A model generated the notes under the pieces. The model was not told the DNA's origin. It worked only from the letters and a program-made list of their open reading frames with translations, and made no database searches. A stretch of 64,000 bases of DNA from Kudoa neothunni (lineage: Eukaryota > Animalia > Cnidaria), in assembly GCA_964304625.1 (NCBI GenBank), contig OZ199840.1, forward strand, positions 4,823,000-4,886,999, in the 5' to 3' direction. Shown here piece after piece: positions 40,565 through 52,165 of the stretch (the first letter of the stretch is position 1; the number at the start of each line of letters is the position of its first letter). Both the position numbers and the translations under genes were made by a program.

Positions 40565-43541
40565 ATGAACGACAATATTCGTGTTTAATCTTGGTTACAT
40601 CCGGACAAAAATTTCGACAGAATTCGCATGCGCGTCGTGGAATTAAGTTTGTGCAATGTCCGGCCGTGTTTTGGATATCCATCGAGCGCTCATAGGCTTG
40701 AATACAGTTGCTAGATCTAAAATAGATGAGCTCACGGAACTGGCAAGGAGATGGTCGTCTAATGCTGAGGATTTTATCTCTTTGACAGACACTCAAATGC
40801 GTGCCGTATGCTTTAATTCTCTTTGATCAACTCAACTACGACCACAATCTTATGACTTCTGTAGGTGCCACCCAACCAGAAACTTGCGTATATCTATTTG
40901 ATGGATTCGATTTTGAAAAATGTACCACAACCTTACACTGAAATTATTTCTTTACACATATCTGATTCGTTTATGCATATCTTTGCGACGGTGCGTGATT
41001 TTATTCACTTCATACATATATATAGTAGGATATTTGAATGGTTGGAGAGATTTCTGTAGTGTTTGTGTGTTGTTGGGGCAAACTTAGGGATGTTAGATGT
41101 GTTTGAGTAGACAAGGCAAGGTTTTGTTTGTGTAGATAGAAGATGACATAGTTGGAATGTTATTCCAAATGGATTTGTCGTTATCTGTTTAAATGTTGGT
41201 GGTAGTTTTAAATGTTAATTTTTGTTGTCAACTCCTTCAGTTTGAGCGAGAGTGTACGTATGGTTAACGTATCAACTCAAGCCATAGTCAATAATCCCAT
41301 TAATTTGTTTGTATTTTGGTGGTTGGATTTAACTCTATCATGATTCAGGTTGATGAAACTGTTCGGGTTTCGTTGTACAAACTGTTCACAACTTGGTTGT
41401 TCTATTTGCCTACCGATTTGTTGCAGGAGTTGAGTGATAGAGTCCGTTATGAGGACCAATTTTGGCCTTTGTTGGATATGTACAGTGTGGTGCAACATCC
41501 AGAGTTGCTTAATGGAACTCGATATGTATTTGACTGCGGTGGGTTGATCGATCAGTTATTTTCACATTGTTTTGTGTAGGGATCTGTTAATATGAGTAAA
41601 TCACCAGTCGATGGGTCGGCCACAACAACCACCCCAATCAACAAATTCCGAACCACTACATCTACCAATTTTTATAACAACAAAAGTAGAAAACGTCCAA
41701 TCGAACATTTTCAAACGGATCCACGCTCTTCCATTGATGTAAGCAACTATAATTTTCTACTCAACCTAGTGTAGGTTGGATTATAATATTGTGTATTATT
41801 GTGAATAAGCTTTATTGTTGTTATCGGTTCATCATTTGTATACAGACGTGTGTGTGTGTGTATTTATTAAGATGTTAATGAGTTGAATGGTTGTTTTGGA
41901 GTTTGAATGAACAATAAATAGGTTGATTTTAATCCTAGGCCGTACATCATATTTGCGCATTAATGTTTAAAAATTCATAATTTTATACCCATTCAAACAA
42001 TATAATAAAATGAGGTATACTCTCTGTCGTCTCCTGTTTCTAATGATCTATATTTGAAAAATCGAAATATTTTTCATAAATAATATCCCACATGAATTGA
42101 TTATATTTTAAATTTCTATATCGTATTGTTTTAGCCTAAAAAAGTTAATCAGCCAGCCACATATAACGAGATAGTACCAACTGTGGCGACAGTCACCAAT
42201 CAAAACAAACCACCAGCGTCGATTGTTGATATTAACGCTGCTACACCTTTTCCAAATGTAAGAAATATGGAGAATCGACCGATATCTCCAGCCAGCCAGG
42301 GGCACGTAAATCCGAGTTTCTTGCCACCTCATCTAAGAAAATTTGCGTACAGCAACCAAAATGTTGTGAATAGCGCGCCACGAACTAATGCTCGTAATTA
42401 GGTTTTATACTCGCTTTCACATATATAATCATTTTGAACTATAGCAATACAACAAAAAACTGGGAATATTTTAAAGAGTATTGTGTCCAGTTTGAAACAG
42501 GGTGGCCTTGGTTTGAATTCTATCACACAAGGTGGTGGTGGTGGTGGTGTTGGTGGTCATTCGTTAAACTGCTCTTCAGCCGCTAATCAAACACAAACCC
42601 CCAATTTCTCTTATCTCACTTTAACTAAAACCATGCTCAGAAAGTAATTTCCAATTAGCCGTTTCATTGAATTTTTAATTAAATACAGCTATGATGAGAT
42701 GATTGTGCGATATCATTTGAGTGGTAAAATGTGTGCTTCGTGTGGTCGACGCTTTCCACAAGACGCCACACTTGACTATTCGCAACATTTGGATTGGCAT
42801 TTTCAAATCAATAGACGACGTTTCTCCAACAAGTTATCAAAACGTGGTTGGTTCAAAGAATCCTTTATTGACATGGTTGTTGATGATCCAACCTCTGTCT
42901 CTGTACGGTTGATTTTTTTATATGCTGTTCTTTAATACTTTTTTTTGAAATTGTGACACATTTAGACCACCAATGTTGATCCAACCAAACAACACGAAAA
43001 CTCAAATATTCCAAATGGTGTGAAGAATGAATCGATCCCCACCCAAGGTATATTCATGGATTTATTAATTGGTGAGATTGTTGTTGAATTTGTCCTAATC
43101 AAGAAACCACCAATCAAACATCAAATTATGCCTCTGGCAAAATCACATTCACAGACGACCCTGAAATCGACACGAGATCCAAGTTTCCGTCGTGTATGGC
43201 GATCTTCGAACGGCAAGATGATGATGTATGTGGATCTAAATAATCGATGTGTTTTTGAATCTAAATTTTAGATGTGTGCGGTTTGTAAAGAAAAATTTGA
43301 TCAATTTTGGAATGAGGAACTCGAAGAGTGGCATTATGAACAGGCGGTTCGAGTTGATGGAGTCGCATATCATGTGTCCTGCCAACCTAAAGTCAAGTCT
43401 GAACCTAAGGAGGTAATGTTCATCAAATAATTTCTAAGTTATTTTTTGTAGGTTGATAAAATGGCGGAAACTAGGAAGAATATGGATTTCACTAAATTAT
43501 CTTCTTTGGATTTAAGTATGTTTATAAAACCTAAAAAATAA
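40565..43541 (+). CDS. PCF11: Pre-mRNA cleavage factor II subunit PCF11 (compact; first exon uncertain)
   Basis: CID motifs SKIDELTELA, QKLAYIYLMDSILKNV, VDETVRVSLYKLFTTW; zinc fingers CASCGRRF...HLDWHF..N and CAVCKEKFDQFWNEELEEWH...HVSC; KRGWF Clp1-binding-like motif. Confidence 0.92.
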
Positions 43542-43706
43542 TTATTGTTGTTTGGTTTCAAAGAAGCCAAACAACGCACTTTTTTCTGTAATTTTTTGTG
43601 TTTGATTTCTTGCGTGATGCTTTGCTACTACAGTAAATTCGTGTATTACTCGGCGCTATAAAATATACTACGAATTATTCTATATATGGATCTATTAGTT
43701 GTACAG

Positions 43707-44080
43707 TTTTTTTGGTTTACAAGGTAAAACCCCTGGCGCAACTTATTAGATCGTGGAATTCTGGCTGGTCAGGCCGCTTCCATTAACGCTTTTGACACCA
43801 CAGGACGTAACATGAAACCCTATCCCTTTAAGGAAGGACGTTGGCACCGCAAATCATTTTGCTTTTTGATGGGTTCCGGAGATTCAAACTCCTATTCACG
43901 ATCATCCCACTTCATGCAAATCTGGCTGCCAGTGCACCCCACTCCACAGCGAGCGTACACGTTAACCACAGCTCCCAAATATGGGATAGAGACCCACCGG
44001 CGGATTCGAACCCATTTCCTCAAGGTTCTGATTCTGAGTCCGAGTGCCACACCAATGTGCTATCTGTCCACGGCATTTTT
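43707..44080 (-). mobile_element. tRNA-derived SINE copy B (complete, with TSD)
   Basis: A box TAGCACATTGG and B box GGTTCGAATCC on the minus strand, shared 3' tail plus poly-A, 12-bp direct repeat TATTAGTTGTAC at 43693-43704 and 44081-44092. Confidence 0.88.
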
Positions 44081-44658
44081 TATTAGTTGTACGGGGATAC
44101 TACGCACTTTATTGGGACAAATACTCGAATGTGTAATAACCCTGCGCTACTGAATACATATATTTTATTATAATTGTTTAATTAATTTTTCATTGAACGA
44201 GTCATTATATAGTTGTTAAATAATAATGACTCGAATTATTTAATTCTTTATGGACCATCTTGGGCACCACAAACATGCTTATGCATTAGCAACAGCTTTT
44301 CTTCTGTTAAAATTCGATTTTGATGAGTAGGTTTCACGTACGTTCATACAATTTATTTTTTTTTATTTCCTAATTGGATTAATTTAAATCCACTGTTAAG
44401 AATCTTAAGTATTGTTGAATTAGAAATATGAATTCTTGTTGTATCAGCTCAGCTCGATTTAGAACTTATTTGTTTGAAGTGATTAAACTGTCATTGGAAT
44501 GCGAACATATAACGTCTGGTGATCTTTACGATTTCTTAGAAAATATAAATGCACTAGATAAAAGTTCAGCGGATAAATTGAGTAATGAGCATATTTTTTC
44601 TAAAATTCATAATCCTATGTTTGGTAATTTTTAATCGTTGAGCTCCAGGAGTCAAAGG

Positions 44659-45145
44659 TTTTTTTTGTTTACAAGGTCAAACCAATGGCGCAACTTGTTA
44701 GGTTGTGAAGTTCGGGCTGGTTAGGCATTCGCCATTTACGCTTTAGGCATCGTAGCGTCATATTAAGGTGACTTCTTACATTTATGCGGTAGTGTGGGAT
44801 TTCGACCCAATAAACATCCTCGTTTTGGAGCCATTACCACCCCAACCATACCTTGGACTAAATCAGAATTGGTCTGGGAAAGTCATTTGAATATTTGAAT
44901 GCGGGCGTCGGCTCTACGGAAACCCCTACCGAGCTGTATTTCGTTCCTGTATCCCCCCCCCTCCCCCGTTTATGAGCTCCCCAGATTTACCATTCCGCTA
45001 GGATCTCCCTCCCGGCTACATGCAAGACCACGATAAATCGTAAATATTTGCGATTACTACAACCTTCCTACTTAATTTCGGACTAGGCTTTGAACTCACA
45101 ACCTCAAGGTATGCGATCACGACCTATCACCACTATGACATACAT
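44659..45145 (-). mobile_element. tRNA-derived SINE copy C
   Basis: Head ..CATAGTGGT...GAGTTCAAAGCC; tail GCCTAACCAGCCCGAACTTCACAACCTAACAAGTTGCGCCATTGGTTTGACCTTGTAAAC-A9. Confidence 0.75.
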
Positions 45146-46928
45146 TCAAATCCGGATATTGCGTAATTTTTTGGGAAGTTCAAAAAATTTCTTTTTCGTA
45201 AATGTGGTTAAATGCATTTCAAAATTTAAATGATAGAGAGAACCAACTTAAAAATAATCAGTGCGAGAATTACATGGAATGCTAAATAATGTTTGTGCTA
45301 GAAAAATATTTGTTAAAGATACTCTGAAAAGACAACAAGCTACACTATTTATAATTTATTTTTGTTCCAATTAAAATCAGAACAAAGATTAAGTGATAAA
45401 AAAATTGAAAATAATTGTATTTTAAGAATACTAGAATGAATCAATACAGTTGATTTATATTATTGATTCAACTACAAAGAATTTATATTTTTTCCGATTA
45501 GGATAATGTTATAGCGTATTATTATATTACTACAATAGAACACATTTTTGGATAAATGTTTCTTGTTTCTTTGGGAATCACCAGAAAAAATCTATATATA
45601 ATAAATAATCAGTTATAGCTTTGTTTTGAATATTTTCATATATCAAAAATAATATAAACTTACCAATTAATCATTAATTTCTTTATTATTATCGCAATTA
45701 TTTGTTTATTCTTTCAAAAAAATACTCGTGTATTTGTAAATCGGATGATAATATCATATTTTGGGGAGGTTAAAATATGTGGAATAATAATTAAACAAAT
45801 ATTTGTAATTGGAAAAAAGTCATACTTTCGTTAAATCATGTTAGGCGTTAAAGGGGGAATATGATCGAATTTGGAGGGATTTTGTGGTCTTTAAAATTGA
45901 TTTTCTCATTACCGATTCATTGCAGGATGATTAATGTTTTTTACTTCTTTTAGATAATTTATCAAGAATATTACGATTGAATAGTAGCGATTTTATTAGA
46001 GTACATCATTTATATTATACTTCTTGTAATTGACAAAAATATTTTTTCACTCTATCTTGTTAAATACACCAAAGCGGTTTATGAGTCAATTTTTTTGTAT
46101 TTTTTAGAAAAAAACTACAACAGCTAACCAACTATTGATTAATACAATTTATTTTAATTAATTTACGTTATTGATATCGGTTGAGGCTGGTTATAATGTT
46201 GTGATTGATCGATGATATATTTGTTTATCTATCTTGAGCGATTTACACGAGTAAGCCAATATTTATTTGACTACTTTTCGAGGTTCAAGGTTTAAATTTT
46301 ACCGGCTAGTGTTGTATAAATTTTAATCGGTAGAAGCTTATTGCCTAATAAAAAACATTTAAATTGTACATTGGCTGTCTACTTAAAAACAATTCTGTTC
46401 CAGTCATTAGCACATAATGATTACTTCTGATAAGAATTATTATTGCTGCGGGAAGCTTGTTATTCTCTGGTAGATTCGATAACAATGCTTTTTTATATCA
46501 AATCACAGAAAAGTTCGCGTTTATAGTTTATTTTTGCGTTATTATTTCAAAAATCACCATAAATTCACAATAATCGATGGATAATATTCCATTAATAATA
46601 TTGGATGAATTTCACTAAAAAATTCTATTATTGTAGTTTGTTTTATACCAAATTTTTTTGACAATTAATTTTTATCTTTATAATCCTCAAAATTTGCCTC
46701 TCAAATTTTATATTTCGTCGCTAAACATTAAACTACCTTTATTCTTTACGAGATAAGTAAAATTTCCTCAACCAATACACGAGAAACTATTAAAGGTGAT
46801 CATTAGTGCAATCACATTCCACATAAACATCTGAAATGCTAATCCGGGTAATAATCTATATTTTTGTTTATGCTCAAATGATTGGATAAGATTTATCGTA
46901 TGATTAAGCGATTGAAATCGCTTAGGCA

Positions 46929-49900
46929 ATGGATGAAAGTAGACCATCTCGTGGTTTGATTCCAGAAACCAACGACAGCACAAGAGATATTCTTTCCATC
47001 TGTAAGGACCATAAACTCGTCAGCAAACCCATGTTTTCTAGAGATCAAAATACTCACTCCAACGCCACCACAGCCTCCACCAGCGATGACAGCAATAGAT
47101 TATATGGTCAAAATGAGATTGATCGTCAATTTCTATTTGATCACACTCAAAGCTTTGACGATCTTTTGCTTTTTTCGCATAACACCTGTGGAAATAAACA
47201 ACTTCAACATAATAAATTCTGTGTTCCCAACAAAACTAGCCCCGATCTCATTGGACCCCTCGTTAGCACAGCTCGTAATATGAGCTATGATTGGAACAAA
47301 ACCAATCACATCCAACAAAATATTCCCTATCGCATCGTGATGAAAAACAACCAAGTCCCCATCTATTCAGATAATCGACAGTTCCAACCCAACAAAAGTA
47401 TATCATATCCGAATGGCCTCGACCACACCAACATCCATAACAACAATCTCACTAATGCAAACACCAGCAATAGTATAACTTCATTGCATCAACATTCTAT
47501 AAACACTGCTTTGCATTACACCGCCAATGGATTCCCACGAATGCAAAAACCTCAAATCTACAATCGTAATTATTTTTATTTGCTTACTTTTCTAATACAT
47601 TATAATAATTGTAATTACATTTATTTAATCGCTACTATATAAATTAATTTATAAATGTTTTGGTTTATTCAAAATCCCGCATATTATTTACTCAATCTTT
47701 ACTCATACATATGTATATTTGACAGCGGCTATTTACACGCTAACGTAATTACTTTGTTGGAACTGGTTATTAGGATTCCACTGCAATCACTCAATATTTT
47801 ATCTCAATTCATCGCTAATAGTAAAGAGAACGTATTTTTCTCTAAGATCTGAAAATTATGACAACAATTTTGAATATTACAGTTGGACTGATAAGCATAA
47901 ATTTTCGTATTTTCTCCTATTAATGTGAATCTATAATCTTTCAACGCACATTTAAACATACAATTGCGATATTATTATTGCTTTTAGTAATAATAGGGGT
48001 TACTTAAATTAGGGATAAAAATTTTAGCTGGTAATATCACGTAATTATTGGGCCGCGAATAGAGTTAGCGTTGATACGTAACAAAAAAGTTTGTAATGGA
48101 ATAGACAATTTGAGATAACGTATATTTTTTTGTTCATTTTTATTTATTTTCAATTTTCACTTCTCTATCGTGACCAATTAATAGAAGTTAATCCATATAC
48201 TTTGGGTCTTACAACTGTTTTTACTTTTTGGGTAATTGTAAGAACTAATCAATAATTACTTCCAAAAACGAAGACGTAAACCTTTTATTTCCATGCTCTC
48301 TGTAAACTTGTTATCTGTTGAGTCATTCTTAGACTCCGATGATTCGGAGGTTTTCTTTGGTTTTAATGGAGATATGATGACTCAACTTGTTCTGGGTCGA
48401 TGGCTGTTTGACAAAATCTAAAAGTCATTTGTATTCTCACCTAATTTAATATAATTAATAATTATAAAGAGTTATCACCTTTTCAGGGGTTCGTTGACTC
48501 GGCCAAAAGTATATTACATTCTCCTGTGAATGAATCTGGAATCTCGGTCGGCTAACTCTAAAAATAATCAGTATGAGAGCGGATAATAAAATATACTAAT
48601 TAATTACTTAAAACTTCTTACGTTGTGGCTTTTTTTATGTTATCCTAGATTCGTAAATATTTCATATAAATGTTAAAATACTCAGAAGCAGTTGTTGCTA
48701 ATATATCTTTTTATACACTTACAATTTTATTCGTTTAGAAGAAGCCGAGCGATATTCCAAATTCTTCCTTTTAACCACAGATTCGTATTGATTGGTTTTC
48801 ATAATATATAGCATAGTATTTTCTGAATAAAATTTGCAATATGGTCATTTTCTATCTGAATTGACACATTCGCTTTCAAACAGACATCAGTGATTTACGT
48901 TTTGGGGTGAATACGTGCTAGCAAGGCAATTGGTAAGAACGGTAGTAGGAGCATGTAAAAGAATCAGAAATTGGAATCTATTCTATCCTAACATTAAATT
49001 TTTTTCGCATTTTACAATTATTTATTTAAAAGAAAATGACATCAAAGATCCCAGTAATTTTTTTCAATCTCATTATCAATATTGAACCCTCTAAGCCTTA
49101 GAGGGTTCAATAAAAAGATTATGACGGTTCTGCAACAGTATATCATGTCCTCTCTGTTCTTAGAGAACTTAAAACAGTGAAAAAGTGTTCGAAGAATCAA
49201 TCTAATCTAAAAAAAATTTTAATAATGGTCTTTAATTTGGAGTTGAGGCATTCTAATCTACTATTTGAAGGGTTGTCATAATAGTGCCGTGCATTACTCA
49301 ATGAAATTATGTTTGTGGACGAATTGGGTCTAAATCTTTTCTGAACGCAGCATTAGAATCTTCATAATGATAACTGTATAGTTCCGTAACTATGTTTTTA
49401 CATAGTTATTCATTTTTAGTGAGTAACATTGTTCTAATAATATCCAAAATTGTAGCTTTAAATTCATTTTTATGTTATATTTGACTAGTTTCAACTCTCC
49501 CTGGAAAGTGTGTACCACACGAAATTTACAGAGAATTAATCCAGAATGAATTTTTAGAGCTTCACAAACTTTAAAATTCTTGCCAATATAAATGTATAGT
49601 ACTTTTTGTTTTATCCAAAATATACTTGATAATTAGTTCATTGATATATCAGTTAATAAAGGCTTCAGTTGCCTCATACATAATGCACGCATTGCTTACA
49701 TTAAATATACCCATAGAGTCTTCGTTAACCGATAGACATAGGGTGCACAATAATACAAGAACGTAACAATTATTAAAATTAATTTCTTCACCTAGGAATA
49801 ATATTGCACTAACATGATTACCTTCACCAGCCGATATTCTTACGCCAAAATTATAATCAATGCTGACAAATTGATTAATTCAGTTTATGTCATTTGTTTT

Positions 49901-51006
49901 ATTTGACATATTTTGATATTGTATATTGAATTCAATGGAATTTTTATCCCGTCTTTTGTGGATTCTACAGTACAGCCATTTTTTTCGCTCCCTAAGAAAT
50001 TAACTCTGGTATTAAATCTTTATTCTTATCGAGTTTACGCCGTCGTGGTATATATAACTGAAAAATTTCACTTTTTTCTTGTTTATGAATAAAATACAAG
50101 AATTTCATCTCAAAGATATTAGCTCTAAGATCATCCTCTATCACATTAGTTTCTGCAGGGGATATCTGTGTGGAGTCTAAATATTTCTTTTCGGTTAATT
50201 AGTTTACGTAAATTCTTAGCAAAAACACAACTAGTATTCTATTTGAACTAATAATTTACAGTAGATATGACGGTGAATGAATTATATGTAAAAAACTAAC
50301 TTCATAAAGCATCATGTGGTGTAGACAGAATTTGATGAACATTAAGCATTCAAGGAGGTTTAATATAAGCGAAATTAAATATTGAGCTATATGTTTGTAT
50401 TATTAATTCATTTAACTCAGCTACGTGGTTTTATTCCGTGTAATCTGAATACATAAACATCATCTGTCGTTTCATTATGATGATAACCAACATGGAAATT
50501 TTGAAATAAATTTGATCTCCATGCATTAAAACATCTTTAGTTACAAATATTTAACTTTATGTAGTCTTTTAACGACCCGATTAACTTTGATATTATCAGC
50601 GTTTAGAGGCAAAACATTTTACATTAAATAAAATTAAATATTACTTAATAAAATATAAGATAACATAATTAATAAATAATGTAGTGTCATATGGTTTAAG
50701 TAGTCGGAGAAATTCACTAGCGCGTCAATAACCAGTCTCGATAGGAGATTATACGTTAGCTTGTCAATAGCCATTGTCTATATATTTATTATTTAAATAA
50801 TTCTTCAAGTAGCAAATGAATCCTACTTCGAACGACCAAAAACGCAACGCTTTGCTCAATGGCAAATCGATATTCTGGAGTCCTATTTTAAAAAATCATT
50901 CTATGTTTCCAAGGAAGAAAAAATTCAAATCAGTGAAGAAACCGGACTCAGTGTTAGACAAATTTCTGTTTGGTTCCAAAACAGAAGAGCTAAAAAGAAA
51001 CGATAA
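46929..51006 (+). CDS. Homeobox transcription factor (2 exons, 276 aa, Q50 homeodomain at the C-terminus)
   Basis: Exon 46929-47565 ends C|gtaatt (phase 1) and exon 50813-51006 starts tag|CA (phase 1), giving ...RFAQWQIDILESYFKKSFYVSKEEKIQISEETGLSVRQISVWFQNRRAKKKR*. The homeodomain is certain; linkage of the two exons is inferred. Confidence 0.8.
48300..50450 (-). mobile_element. Fossil MULE/SWIM transposase inside the homeobox intron
   Basis: Remnants LILCKFRVVHTFQGE, SNSRLECLNSKLKTII...FFEHFFTVLSSLRTER and SWIM finger TCSYYRSYQLPC*HVF. Confidence 0.7.
49080..49112. repeat. Perfect 15-bp inverted repeat with 3-nt loop
   Basis: TATTGAACCCTCTAA-GCC-TTAGAGGGTTCAATA. Confidence 0.9.
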
Positions 51007-51237
51007 TCAATTTTTATACTTTACCTGCAATAAAAATCTGACCTTTGTTTTTGATTTTCTCACATCGAAACTGTATGTAGCCGTTTGTTTTTTCAATTTG
51101 ATATAACGCAATTCGTTACTTCAACTATTATCATGGTCAATAGCCCAGTAAAAAAATTAAAATATCACAGCGTGTGAGTTATGAAAATAGGCTCACATAT
51201 TATGTAGAGATTAAAACGCATTCATTTTTCATCAGAA

Positions 51238-51670
51238 TACAAGGTTAACCCCTTGCACTGATAATTGGGCTTTGGAGTTCTGGTTGGCTTTAGGAAAACT
51301 GTAGATGCTCTTGCTAGTAACATATTATTCTTCGCATTATTTGACTTTAGTAGTTTGGCCCACTAAACACTCTAGTATTGGGACAACCAGTGCCTGAGTA
51401 CTTCCGCATCTTCCTCAACTTCAACATCGTTTTATCTGGTGGGTATGCAAATTTCTGATTATACGAAATACTACGTTCCCCGCGATTCAAGCGTCTGATT
51501 CAACCCATTTCATTGGACTGAACTTTAATATAGATGAAATCCTTATGATAGTGATTGTACATTATAACCACAGCTTTCTTTTTATGGATTACGAAATAAG
51601 GAGGCATAGCGTAGAAGTAGTGGTTTGACCGTGCTCGAACTTGAACTTGTGATCTCACGTTATTTGAAGT
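51238..51670 (-). mobile_element. SINE family copy D (diverged)
   Basis: B-box-like GTTCGAG, internal GGTTGAATCAGACGCTTGAATCGC similar to copy A, tail CCAGAACTCCA...GCAAGGGGTTAACCTTGTA. Confidence 0.6.
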
Positions 51671-52090
51671 ATTTGAAATATTTAAAGTCATAGGGTCTGG
51701 TACCTTTGACTTTATTCGCAACGACGACATTCGTCAGCTAATAAATTCATAAATTTCAAGTTTTAAATTAAATGACGTGTTTATGACTGTCGGTAAGATA
51801 AAACATATAGAAATACAATAAATTTTATTTACAAGTTTAAAACAGCTTCAGATATTGTTGATGCTGGTTTGTATTTGTTTTCTGATTTTTTAGCGTCCAG
51901 TCCCATTATAACAGGAGTTGATTTTTCTAAAATTCTCTTAAAAACTCAATATATAGAAATTAATTCTTGTGAAGATGAAATGCATTTGTTTTTACGTTGT
52001 TAAATAGTTGAGATATGAGTGGATATTTCATGCTAAATCATCTTACCCATAGTAAACTTATGGACACGCTTTAAATTCCTATAAGTTTAA

Positions 52091-52165
52091 CCTATTGAGT
52101 ATAATGGGATAGATTTATACCCCATTCTTATTTGGAGGGTGTAAATTTTTCAGGTACTTAGAAGG
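52091..52165. mobile_element. Tiny piggyBac-like MITE
   Basis: TTAA-CCTATTGAGTA ... TACTTAGAAGG-TTAA imperfect TIRs with TTAA on both sides. Confidence 0.4.

Noticed and set aside
43812-44153. ORFs of 113 and 81 aa and an apparent tRNA gene near 43995-44070
   Set aside because: All lie within SINE copy B; the cloverleaf is incomplete and the element has a TSD and poly-A tail.
50816-51106. 96 aa ORF from the track
   Set aside because: Wrong frame; the overlapping frame encodes the homeodomain.
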